A stretch of DNA of 64,000 bases from Ruditapes philippinarum (lineage: Eukaryota). Positions 26,041-39,600 of this stretch are shown piece after piece. The translations under genes and the position numbers were made by a program. The stretch lies in assembly GCF_026571515.1 (NCBI RefSeq), contig NW_026867047.1, positions 310,001 through 374,000 of the forward strand, written 5' to 3'. Numbering within the stretch: position 1 is the stretch's first letter; each line of letters begins with the position of its first letter. The notes under the pieces were generated by a model. That model searched no databases and had not been told where the DNA came from. It worked only from the letters and a program-made list of their open reading frames with translations.

Positions 26041-26514
26041 TTCTTCACCCGTAATCGTTTTAAACTGGGACTGTCCTGATTAAAATGTAAGGGTAACTGA
26101 AAAGTATGTACTAGTATATCTGATATGAAAATGTATATCAGCACCGTTTAACCGTAACGACCGCCGCTTTACTACCTACGTACTGAAGCAGATAATCGGC
26201 TTATTAAAGTCCATTTAAAATGCATATACATAGAAAATGTTTTAGTGTAAACGTTTGAGATTGTCTGTATAAGTATAGGAAAACATAATTTTACTTCAGT
26301 ATAATAAAACAATTTTTTTGTATCGTTTTGAAGTGTAAGCTTTTATCATAACTAACTGTACAATGTTTTGACATTAAAGTATTGGTTAGTGTTGAAAGAC
26401 GTCGCTATTAAAATTAAAATCTATCTTTGGGCCGATCATATGTTCTGGTCCCAGCTTTGTTGCATTGTTTCAAGCTCTGGCTGAAACTCCTCACAAAATA
26501 CCGTAATCATTCAG

Positions 26515-27630
26515 ATGCTCAGGTGAGAATGGAAAAGAGAATGTTCTCAGATGGGAATGTGAAAGAGAATGTTTTCTGGGGGTGGGGGTGGAAAAGAGAA
26601 TGCTCTCGGGGTCGGAATGGAAAAGAGAATGTTCTCGGGCGGGAATGGAAAAAAGACTATTCTCATGTGGAAGGGAAAAATACTGTTCTCATGTGGGAAT
26701 GGAAAGAGACTGTCATCAGGTGAAAATGGAAACGGGAATTGTCTTAGGTTGGAACGGAAAAGAGTGTTCTCAGATGGGAACATAATGTTCTCGGGGGGGT
26801 GGAAAAGAGAATGTTCTCAGGTGGAAATGGAAAAAAAAACTGCTTTCAGGTGAGAATTGAAAAGGGAATTTTCTCAGGTTGTAATGGAAAAGAAAATGTC
26901 CACGTGGGAATGGAAAAAAGTTCTCAGATGGGAATAGTATTTTCTCAGGTGGAAATGGAAAAGAGAATTTTCTCTGGGGGATGAAAAAGAGATTGTTCTC
27001 AGGTAGGGATGGAAAAAATGTTCCTAGATTGGAATTGTCAAGAGAATGTTCTCATGTGAGAATGGAAAAGAGAAAGTTCTCAGATAAAGAAAAGAGAATG
27101 TTGAAAAAAGAAATTGTTCTCAGGTGGGAATAAAAAAGAGAATGTTCTCAGTTGGGAATGAAAAAGAGAAATAATGTTCCAAGTTGGGAATAGAAAAGAA
27201 AATGTTCTCAGGTGGGAATGGAAAAGAGAATGTTCTCAGTTGGGAATGGAAAAGAGAAATAATGTTCCCGGTTGGGAATGGAAAAGAGAATGCTCTCAGT
27301 TGGGAATGAAAGAAAAACTGTTCTCAGGTGGGAAAGGAAAAAGAGACTGTTCTCAGGTCGGAATGGAAAAGATAATGTTCTCAGTTGGAGTCGAAAAGAT
27401 AATGTTCCTGGAAGGGAATAGATAAGAAAATGTTCTCAGGTTTGAATGGAAAAAAAGAATGTTCTCATTTGGGAATACAAAAGAGACCGTTCTCATGTGG
27501 GAATGGAAAGAGATTGTTCTCAGGTGAGAATGTGAAAGGGGAATGTTCTCGGGTAAGAATGGAAAAGAGAATGTTCCCAGGTGGGATTTAAAAAGAGGCA
27601 GTTCTCAGGTGAGAAAGGAAAAAAGAATGT
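26515..27630. repeat. ~28-bp minisatellite (AATGGAAAAGAGAATGTTCTCAGGTGGG)
   Basis: About 40 diverged tandem units with no spacers. Confidence 0.9.
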
Positions 27631-30319
27631 GGTGTGAAGTTTAGCGTCATTTATTATTCGGCCAGGGAGGACCAGAGAAATTCACATCCATTCTATACTG
27701 ATTAACTTACTTTTAAATTAAGAAAATAGCTAGATATATGAAGCGTTATTCGTTAGATCATGTCTAAGTGTCTTCCCGGTGCACAGGCTTCCATGACAGA
27801 GTTTATACAGTGCACATCTCCGGACAAAAAAAAAACAAATCTTAAAATAAAAATAATGATAATAAAGCAATTTAAAACTCGACGGCGATTTAAGATATAT
27901 AGTGTGAGCTAAATGTTGAAATTCGGATCACGACAGGGAGCCACACTGAATTTTACCATAGCACATTTCAGCCACCGCATCGTTCCTGGGCAGGCTGTCA
28001 TGCCGTTTACCAGTACTTGAAGATGCTTTCACTTTCGCAAGGAACTGATAAGTTCTGTACATGCTAGAGCAGAGATACAGTGCGTAAGACAGTAGAAAGA
28101 ATGTGACGATCAATCACAACGAAAGTGACATGCGCCGTCCGGGAATTGGGCCGGGTCGGCCTAGTCAAAGTCCAACGCTCTATCTATTGAGCCTACAGTT
28201 GCATTGCTGGAAGATAAAGCAAAATTTATTTTATTACAGACCAGGTTGTGACATTTTGTCGGAACAATATTGACTTAAATGATTTCCTCTCATCAACTTT
28301 CACCGCATATTTATAAGTGCGGTATTGACCCTTCTAACAATTGACTGATATTTGTTTTAAGTACATATTGACATTGAAAACAAAAAATGGATTAAAATCT
28401 AGATACCTCTCTCGACTTTTATATATGTAAACAGTGTGTTTTGGTTATAATCGTTGCTTTTCGTTTATTTGTTTTGCAATTGCTCTTTTAAATAAACCTA
28501 AAATATATAAGGATATGCAATTGGAAAAGTTATATACATGTCTCATTTTCCATGCGGATAGTTTCATTTAATTTGCATACTTGCAGTAAGTTGTATATAT
28601 AAAAATAACAGATATGTATATTTCAATAAATAGCGTGTAACCTTGAAATAGTGTACAAATGGTGGGCTGTATAATTATATAATTTTTTTATATACTTATA
28701 TTTCTTTAGAAAAAAAAGAGATCATGCAAGATATACATTGCTTTATACTGACTAAAATGGGTATTTTATTTGTGTTTTTTTTTAGGTTTATAAATGCATT
28801 TATAAGATAAACGGAATGCTTGCAATGTATATATTTCTTATTCATTGATGAAAAAAGTCATCTTATTTGAAGTATATAATGAATTAAGTCATTAAACATG
28901 ACTTTAAACAGATCTGAGGCGAAGAGGAAGGCAAAGTGTGCATACTATGGATTGAGTGAAATATTTATTTTACTTTGTTTGTATACTCTGAATGCGTTAC
29001 TGCCACTTTTGGATATTTTTCTGCACTTAATGTAAGAATTAGTAAGGTGTAATTCATACAGCTAGCTAGTGGTTTTTTTGGGGGATTTTTTGTGATCATT
29101 AACCTATTTTTTGTTCTTTCATTTTTATGTTCATTTCATTCGTATGTATGTTCGTTGGTTCATTAATACGATCGTATGTTCATATGTTTCGTTCGTCCGT
29201 GCGAGTGTTCGTTTGATTGATCTTTAAGATTTATTTACCTGATAATTTTGCATGTATAACTGCAAATTTGATCATTTGACCATTTGTATGGATCTGATTC
29301 ATAACTTTATTGACCTATTTATAAAATGCACTCATTAAATGGTTATTATTTTGGTAGTCATTGTTAGTTGACATAAAGTATTTGCTTTATATGAGAGGAC
29401 TTTGATATGACGTAAACAGGGGCATTTGAAAATCTTAAGTATACTAAAGAGTGTAGACATGAAAAATATATAAATAGATGTGATTTGGGTACCAAATGAT
29501 TAACCTAATGGGTACCAAATGATTAACCTTGTCACACTTCCTAAATCATGAAATTATCGGAATATCTCGAGGACTATTGAATGACGTCATGCTGTATGAC
29601 TGTCACAATAGTATGGTTTTGAACAATACATTAGGTCAAGCTTAAAAAATTATTCCACTGCACAAGTAAATGCATTTTATCGCGTACCAAACGGACAGAT
29701 TTGATATAAGTTTAATTAGTAATTAATTGTAAAGTGAATATTTTCTTTTATAAAGATCTTTTTTCTTAAAGATTTAAAGATAGTCTCAAATCAGTTGTAA
29801 AATTGTATGATTTATTCATGCTGAAATTTAAGTCAAATTTGTTTTGATTTTACTTTGGAATATTATTGGAAGGGTATGTATAAAATGAAAAGGGCCCCAG
29901 ATTTTGTTTTAACATTTTATTGTGTACGTTTGTTAACGTTGGAATTCAATTACGGACATATGAGATTATATAGGGAAATTTAGAACTTAATGAGTTTTTA
30001 CTTATTTAAAATAAAATTATTAATCTGTATACATGAACAACGGTTTTTGTTTGGTTGGGGTTTTTATTGTGTTTTTTGGGTGTTTTTTTTTAAAACTTCT
30101 AGGATAAAATCATTGACGAAACAGTTGGCTTATTAACTGTGATATCACGGGTTATTCTTTGTAATATTTAAGTTTATAAATAATACACACTAACACTACG
30201 ATAACACTATTGTTCGTTATCTTACAAGGAAATCTGGAAAAAGATCAATTGAGTATCAAAATTTGATCGAAACGTTTGGCCTTATTTCAATAAATTAATA
30301 AATAAATCATTACCTCCAA

Positions 30320-30583
30320 ATGTTTAGATCTAAGCGGCGACAAGAAAGGATTAAACCCGCAGTGAACACACCGACATTTGGATATCTTTCAGTCCTTATA
30401 GAAAATTTGAAACTTAGGGAGTCGTACCGGAGACTGCATCTTGTAGTGAGGAAAGGAATTAAAACCGAGGAGGAGGCTACCAAACGTGAACCAAAGTTAG
30501 GCTACGGTAAGATCGTCTTTTTAGACCTAGAGTAGTCCTAATGTTTTATATTAATATTATTATTATTAGTATCGTTGTTGTCG

Positions 30584-30620
<37 letters not shown>

Positions 30621-33600
30621 CGTCGTCGTCGTCGTCGTCGCCGTCGTTGTTGTTGTTGTCGTTATTATTATTATTATCAGTATTATTANNNNNNNNNNNN
30701 NNNNNNNNNNNNNNNNNNNNNNNNNNNNNNNNNNNNNNNNNNNNNNNNNNNNNNNNNNNNNNNNNNNNNNNNNNNNNNNNNNNNNNNNNNNNNNNNNNNN
30801 NNNNNNNNNNNNNNNNNNNNNNNNTGGATTTTTTATCCAAATACAATTTATATGACATGTCTCAAATAGTTGGCCATAGTGTCAGAATACATAAAAAACA
30901 AAAAATATTTTCTGTAAGTATACAATTGCGAAAACTTCTAAAACACACAAAAGGGTTCCAAATTATTTTAAGTCAAACCATTATTATCAAACATTATTTC
31001 AGGATCACGTTTCAGTTCGTCATTACCCTCTCGGCCACATACAGTACTTGGAGTTTCCAACCCACGGTCGTTTGCTGCTGAAAAACCTCGCCCATATTCC
31101 CGCCTCACGCGGTCAACGCCAACCCACTTCCAACGAAGGACAACCCACCGAGATGCATCGTCATATGGCAAACGTGCTGGTGACCTTATCAAAATAGAGT
31201 TTGAACCTGCACCGAAACCAACATCGCTAGAACACGTGGATATTGATCGGCTTGTGATAGATGGAACTTTAGATGAGATATTCGCTCAAAGAAAACAGCT
31301 TTTAACACCTTGTGAACCTTTATGGTTCCCGAACTCAGAGAGTCACTTTTCTAGCGAAATGCTTTCTCCGCCAGAATTACCGGTAACCAATTATTAGTTT
31401 ATCAGTTTTAATGCATGTAATAAAATACTTCTTCAGGCATCATTCTCTTCGAGTTATTCATTAGGATCATATGACATCTGTTTACAAAAGAATATAAAAT
31501 TTTAGATTTCATGAATTTGTGATTTATTTAACAAAATATCTTCGATTACGTTCATCTTTACAATAATCGTAAAAAGTCGGCATATTTCGTCACTTTCCGT
31601 AATATTTAAAGATTTAACAAGCGTCAGTGTCTGACCAAGAGCTGTTTAACATCTCGCCGCTTTTTGATAAATATAGCATTAGGCAGTGACAGCTTCTCAC
31701 AAATTTGCACGAGCTATTGGAGGATGTTTAAAAATTGAAAGCCAGTTCGTATATCAAGGAGAAGAACATCATATTAAATATTTTCCAAACTTAATTTGTT
31801 TTTAGGGTGGTGGGCTTAAGCGTGAAACGACTAGTTTTGGGGTTTACTCAAATCTCGCCTCACACAGCCGACGAGAGCTGACAAAGATTGATGAAGGCCG
31901 TCGACCGGAAATCCTACCTGTCGTCACTTCCGGTATACAATATCAGGTAAAATCTTGACGCTAAATTATTTGTTTATTTTTTTATTTTTTTTTTTTTAAC
32001 TGGATTAAAACTTTTAAGACACATATTTTCACAGTTCAACTGTGTTATTGTTGCTTTATCCTAGTGCTTCTTAAAGATGGAAATCTAGAAGAAATAAGAA
32101 ATATTACTTGATAAAGAAGCGAACAGAAAAGTTATGTCAGAAGACATTGAAAAATATTACTATTTAGAGTCTAACGCAAAAGAAAGGCCCAGCAAATGTA
32201 TTTTACTCCCTTTTTTCTTTCTTTTTTCATTCGATTACATCACATATTTTACAGCTTCTACAAGCAGTCAAGAATGCAGACGTCGATGAAGTGCAGCAGA
32301 TTTTGAACAATAATCCAGATATAAAATTACAGTTTGTAGATGAAGTAAGTACAGTTTAAATCCATACATACCGGTATATCCATACAAATTGTCACCTTCA
32401 TATACTAGTATCCATACAAGTTGTCACCCGCATATATCCATACAAATTGTCACCTTCATAATATTATATTCATACAAATTGTCACCTACATATATCCATA
32501 CAAATTGTCGCCCACATGTATCCATACAAATTGCCACCCATATATATCCATACAGATTGCCACTCACATATATCCATAAAAATTGTCATTTTTAGCTCGA
32601 CTATTCGAAGAATATGAGAGCTATTGTAGTCGCCCCGGCGTCGGCGTCAGCGTCCGCGTCGGCGTCTGCGTTGGTTAAAGTTTTTTTGTAAAGTCAAATA
32701 TCTCAATTATTACTTGAGATATTCAATTGAAACTTACAATACTTATTTATAGTAACAAGCTACATCAGATTGACAAGTTGGATAACTCTGCCTACAATAT
32801 TGACAGAATTATTCCCCTTTTTAACTTAGAAATTTTGGTTAAAGTTTTTTGTAAAGTCAAATATCTCAATTATTACTTGAGATATTCAATTGAAACTTAC
32901 AATACTTATTTATAGTGACAAGCTACATCAGATTGACAAGTTGGATAACTCTGCCTACAATATTGACAGAATTATTCCCCTTTTTAACTTAGAAATTTTG
33001 GTTAAAGTTTTTTGTAAAATCAAATATCTCAATTATTGCTTGAGATATTCAATTGAAATTTAAAATACTTTTTTATAGTAACACTGTAAATCAGTTTGCA
33101 AAATTGCATAACTCTGCCTGCAATATTTGCAGAATTATTTGCCCCTTTGAAACTTAGAAATTTTGGTTAAAGGTTAAAGGTCTTCAAATATAATTACTTG
33201 AAACTTTACACATGCACTTAGGGTCATAATTGGAGGGTCATAATTGTATGTCACTGACCAAGTTCCATAACTCTATCTTGCATTAAGGCTGATTCATATC
33301 CCCTTTTCTACTTAGTCTCTTGGTTAATGTTTACATGCAAGTTTTACATATCTCAATAACTATTAAAGATATTTATTCAAAACTTCACATATGCATTTAG
33401 GGTCATAATTGTAGGCCACTGACAAAGATCCATAATTCTAATTTGCATTTAAGCTGATTTTTCTCCCCTTTTTCAACTTAGAAATTCATGGTAAAGTTTT
33501 GCTTGTAAGCTGTTATCTCAATAACTACTGAAGGGTTTGTGCCTTTTTTGGGACAATTTTATGCATTCATAATAATAAAGCAGTTACTTACTTGATAAAA

Positions 33601-36600
33601 CATCTTAAAAACAAGCCTTTGTACCTTTTCTGTCAAATTTATGTATTCATAGGTAATTAGTATTATTATACTCAATAAAACACACTCGTGACATTACCTT
33701 CCGAATAGTCAGGCCAATACTGTATAATTAGACTCTCTCTAAGGCCTATAACATGAATTTATAAAAAAAAATAGCCCTTTTGTGAACTTAAAAAATTTAA
33801 CATTATCAAGGCTCTTTTACTATCAAGCACTTCTTAAAGAATAGTCGAGCGTGCTGTCCTACCGACAGCTCTTGTTATAAGAACATTGTTGCCCAGCTCA
33901 TTTTCTATTTGTTATATACATGTATTCCACTTTTGTGTATATTTTACATGTATTCGCTTAAATATAATATGCTTGAACTAGTATCAATAATGAACGGAAA
34001 ATACCGAATTTTACCGGAGTTCCACGAAGTTATGATGAATATATTACATTGTCAAGATTAATTACGAGATATTACATTTTTATATTGTATATTTGTTTAC
34101 AGAATGACCGCACTGTGCTTCACTATTGTTTTGATATGCAGCAAAGGAAAGTTAATTGTGAAATACTGAAATTATTACTGGAAAAGAAACCATCCATGAT
34201 AAATTACTGCAAAGTAAGTATAGTAAAACTATCAAAATTGTGTAATTGTATACATGACATATACCTTTTTGTATAATTGTTACCGACCATCTTGCAGAAC
34301 TATTAATGAATACGGTACATTTGCACGTATAAAGATTTGAATAGCCAGCTATTTGAGTGATTGATTGAATATTTACTCTGCTACAGAGCAGAGAAAAAAC
34401 TATTTCTCTAATATTTTCTGTTCCAAATTAAAGAAAAACAACAACAGAAAATATGTTGTCTATTTAATGGCCTTAGTTAAACATGTACAAGATATGACTA
34501 GACTTTGGTTGCATTTGTTCTGTTGTTGATGTTGTATTTGTTATTTGTTGTTGATGCTGCTGCTGCNNNNNNNNNNNNNNNNNNNNNNNNNNNNNNNNNN
34601 NNNNNNNNNNNNNNNNNNNNNNNNNNNNNNNNNNNNNNNNNNNNNNNNNNNNNNNNNNNNNNNNNNNNNNNNNNNNNNNNNNNNNNNNNNNNNNNNNNNN
34701 NNNNNNNNNNNNNNNNNNNNNNNNNNNNNNNNNNNNNNNNNCTACATTTGTTGTTTTTTCAGACAGATGCTCCAGTTTTGCACAATGCCGTCAGAATTGG
34801 GAACGCCCTTTCTGTTTATCTTCTTATAAAACATGGCGCTGACGTTAACATACAATACAAGGTACATTTAATATTCTCATAAATTTATTTATCCGACTTT
34901 ACTGTTTCTTTTTATTCAATGCAAAATTATAATTATATTCATACAAGTTTAGTATTTACCATCTCATAATAAGATGTTTAAAATAGTATGCTGACACTCA
35001 TTACTTCTTGGTGGTTAGTGGTGGTTTTTGTCTGTTAACCTCCGGATCACGACAGTAAGCCACTTCTGAAACAGACTACCGCTTATTGAGTTTCTAGCAT
35101 TATCGCCTTTAAAATGAGTACATTTTGCAAAGTTGAATAATAGTAATTTACTTGTATATGAAATATATAGCCAAGTCTCTTGATCTTACCTTTTTCAGTT
35201 ACCCATAAACGAAACATGCACTGTGCGTGTGGAATCGTGTAATTCAGTTTTCCTTCCATCATGTTCACGCGTTCTAAACCGAAAGGCTCGATTTATTGAA
35301 CAGTACTTTTATTATCTATCTTTTTACTCGATTCAAAACAGAACTCCAACTACCTATCTCATACCTGAGTTAAGTAAAAGAAAGAGCATCGAAACACGAG
35401 GCTATCTGATTTGTACGAGGGGACGTAGCCCCCAGTATAAATCAGATTGCCGAGAGTTTTGGTGTTCTTTCTCTTTTGTATCATAGGCAAAAATAAAAAC
35501 CCTATTGTCACAATAAGAAACCCCAGAAAAAAGTAACAAATGAACGAGCATCTAATGTAATATTTTTATCGTTACCCCTTTCTCTGTCGTCACATTAAGT
35601 AAACCCCAGAAAAAATGAGCCAATCAATGTGCATGCTCTGGAGTGCGGGTAACTAATACCTGCACTCATGTTAACACACTGTGCATGTATATGTGTACGA
35701 TTAAACTTTGACACATTTTCAACAGAAAGGTCTCCCAAACTATGATGCAACATTTTTATCGTAAACAATGCTTTTACTCCCCCATCTCCTACTTGCTATC
35801 TGTATATTTTTGTGATTTTAGCGAACATTCCGTACTGCGCTACACGAGGCAGTCTTGTGCGGACAAAGGCCTGCTGCGGAGATTCTACTTTACAATGGTG
35901 CAAAGACAAATCTTCGGGAAAAGGTGATTTTCTTCTTTTTATATGTAACTGAAATAAAAAAATAACATGTACTAATCTAATACTATGTAATCTGTGTATG
36001 ACTTAAAACTTCGTAATATGTGAGTATGACGTCATTCAAAATCAACATGGCTGTCTTTTCTAATTGCCACTTGGATTCTAATGTTAATTTTTGCATTATA
36101 GAATGGGTTTATAACTTGAAAGAATGCCACATTCACTCATTGGGTATATAGATATTCTCTGTCGGAACAGGACACGATTTTGATCAGAATTTGCCCAGAG
36201 GAGCAGATAATAATTGCGAATAAATAAAAAAGAAATGAATGTGATTTAGTTTGAAAGTCGCAATCGGACAAAAATATCTGGAGATACGTTTATTGGAATG
36301 GGGCATCTGTGCTATGCAAACGTCCTGACTGAGATCTAAGTCAGCACTTAAAATCAGAATCAAATATCTTTAAATCAGTACTAAATGTCTTAAAATTAGC
36401 ATTTCGAGTCTTAAAATCAGTATTAAAGTCTAAATGTCTTAAAATTAGCATTGCAAGTCTTAAAATCAGTACTTAATCAAAGCCTTAAAATCAATACGAA
36501 ATGTCTTAAAATTAGCATTTCAAGTCTTAAAATCAGAACTAAAAGTCTTAAAATTAGCTGTAGCTATCCGTCATAATTATTGTAAATTTCAGGACGGCCG

Positions 36601-39600
36601 TTTTGCGTGTGACCTTTGTAAGGAGAATATTTTTCAACGTGAAGAATTTGAAAAGATTGAAGAATGTGTAGCTAATAAAAGGTAAGACTGATCGACATTA
36701 TGAAAAGATTTTAAATGAACAGAACCGCCTCCGTGGTCGAGGGGTTAGAGTTAGAGTCGATGACTCCTAATACAGTTTCCTCTCTGGCGTGGGTTCGATC
36801 CCCCGGGAGATGCTTTGGTAGTTTAGCACGGAGGAAGGTAGTCTAGTACTGGTGTAACTCTCCAGGAACGATGGTTAGGAAACTACCCGCCTATATGACT
36901 GAAATACTGTTGGGAAAAGGCGTAAAATGAAACAAACAAACAATTTAAATGAACATGAAAGTACCAGCTACAAATTATCATCAGTTGATTTTTTCTGAAT
37001 GATTTTCTTGAGTTTTGATATAAATAATAGTAATCTCAATTTCAACACAGAGCATGGCCATGGGTACAAAGCTTAAAGGGTTAGTGTTAATTTTTCAATC
37101 AAAACATCATGTTTTAGTTCAAACATTATTTGTTCTAGTTCATTTGTGTAGAAAGCTATAACCTTACAAACATACGCTTGAATCCGAACTAGCCAGTACA
37201 GAGCCACGAGGGTAAAGCTTCTAGTCCAAAGAAACAAGGGCTTGCTTCTGGCATCATGTATTTTGAATATGACCTTATTATTCCTTTTTAGAACGCTGCA
37301 GTCACCGTGTCATGTTTTCTTTTTTCAGACTAGACATAAAAGAAGTTTTAGATTCTACTGCACAGTTTGATAATGTTGGAGTCACCATACAACCCTCTTT
37401 AGTTAAAAATAATTTAGTTATTCTAATAAAACGTCAAAATCTTGAATCAAGTAAAGTCAAAATCCCTCTTCTTGAAGAAGAGGATTTATCCAGTGACGTA
37501 ATCACATGCCGCGTGCTACAAAATCCAGAGGGCGCTTCTGCACGTTTTTCTCTGCCGCTTTTTGACACTCCGATCTCCTCTAGAGAAGAAATAGTCGTGA
37601 AATCTGGAACCGGAAGTACATTTGCAGCTAGTGAAATGCAAGCCGGGAATCATGTAAGTCCATCCAATCTCTGTTTATTTAAAAAAATGCTTCAAAATAT
37701 TAGTTTTCTGTCTATATTGGATTCAATATAAAAAAACCTACAAGGCATATCAAATGTTATATTCACTAAGAACTATAGATACAGCTGCCGGTTTTTGTAT
37801 TCATTGTCGGACGTGAAATATACAACTTATAAAAACTACGGACTGTTTTATTATATTTTTCATTATTGTATTGCTCTTATATAACTATTTTCTTTATGTC
37901 TTACTTTCTTCTTTTTCTGCTTCTTTTCACTACGCATTTCTTTTTTCTATTTCATCTTTTTTCTTCTACTTCTTTTTTTCTTTCTTCTATTCGTGTTATC
38001 AAATTTCTACTTTTTTCTTCCCTTTCGACATTTTATTACTATTCTTCTTCATCTATAACTTAACTGATCTCTTTTCTCTCTTAAGCAATACGTGCACCTT
38101 TTATCACTATGCCATGAAATATTTTTTGTAATTTTTTTAACAACGATTTTTAGGGTTTAGTGGTTGATTTCGAAACTGATCTGACCGAGGGCAAGGACTC
38201 ATACATCTGTGTATGTCGACCTAGGGTAGAGAACTGGCAAGTGGGCAAAGGACAAACTGTCCTCGGGTCTGTGATAGACGATCGGGTCAAAGTTCATGTC
38301 AACAAGACGTCATTCAACACGAAGGCAACACTAAGTCTTCAGGTCTGTTTTTAAACATATACAATATACATAACGCGTGATTATTTGATATTCAAAGTAA
38401 TATAATATTGCACATTGTTCGATTATTGTATATATTCAATTGTTACCATCGACTTTTGTTGTTTTTAATCTGGTACAATCGATACATACTTCTTCATATT
38501 TCACATAGCTGCACTAAAATAATTTTTATTCTTGAGACTACCTCTGAACAAACACACCGTGTTGATTACAATTTACACGATAGTTTGATCAAAATCTTTA
38601 CGCATATAACGCAATCGCCTTCTTTGAAAGAACACATGTCCGGAGATACCACATTTACTATTTTTACAAATGATAAGTACATGTATTACAAAATGGCTGA
38701 ACCCGCACGCCACCTGGTGTACTTTATACAATAATTTTGTATAAGATATTTTCGGATATGAACAGGTCATAGAATTGCCTGAAAATGTTGAGATCAGAGA
38801 GGGCACGATTCTTGCCAGTACACCATTTTACAGGATAAAAGCGGACCAAAAAGTGGACAAAGATATAACTATTGAGGTACGTTTATTGCACTCATACTTC
38901 AAATGTGTTCTGCTCGATCTTTTGCATTATTATGTGATACATCCTTTAAAATTTCAATAGCCCTAATGTTATAGCAGTCAAAGAATCATTATTATTTGAC
39001 AAAAGTGGTGCTTTTTATTATTTATGTTATAAGGGAATATTCTTTAAACAATGTGTAAGATTTGCATTTATAAGAATTGCATATTTTCTTTGATCACATC
39101 ATTTATGATGTTGCACTCCGCTGATCTATGTTTGTTATTGATGGAGACGATTCGATAGATAAATGGACTTTCTTTGCAAAAGATCTAAATATATTGTTCC
39201 TATTATTATTTAGCTTCCAAAGCCAACATGTTTCGATGACGAAGGTAAATGCGTTGTCTTGGCAAAATCTGGATCAAAATGGGGAGTAATGGATATGAAG
39301 GCAGACGATAAACGCAACACCGTTTGTTTCGAAGAACATCGACTTCCGGTGTACGGTTTTAATCATATTTTTATTAGTATTTTTTTTGATACTTACATGT
39401 ATTATTAACTATTCCAAATGTTTTATAAGCAAAATTAATGTATACAAAATATCTTATGATTGCGTATGTTATTCCGTCGATGTGAAAAGTTAAACGAGCA
39501 ATACTTTAATTGACATCATTTAGATACATCGTGAACATTCGTAATTTTTCGCCATTTTCCGTGGCTAATGAAGACCATGTAAGCATCGGAATAACCAGGA

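Noticed and set aside
26427-27425. Repetitive ORFs and a possible CRISPR-like 28-bp array
   Set aside because: Head-to-tail minisatellite with no unique spacers.
28130-28200. tRNA-like sequence on the minus strand (also ~7590-7650)
   Set aside because: Degenerate A/B boxes with no complete cloverleaf; SINE-like debris, not tRNA genes.
30538-31081. ORFs spanning N runs (also 34505-34882)
   Set aside because: Artefacts of assembly gaps and microsatellites; only the embedded exons described above are supported.
39579-39598. 20-nt GT...AG micro-intron as an explanation of the exon-13 frameshift
   Set aside because: Too short for normal splicing, and removing it gives GAA TAA (stop).
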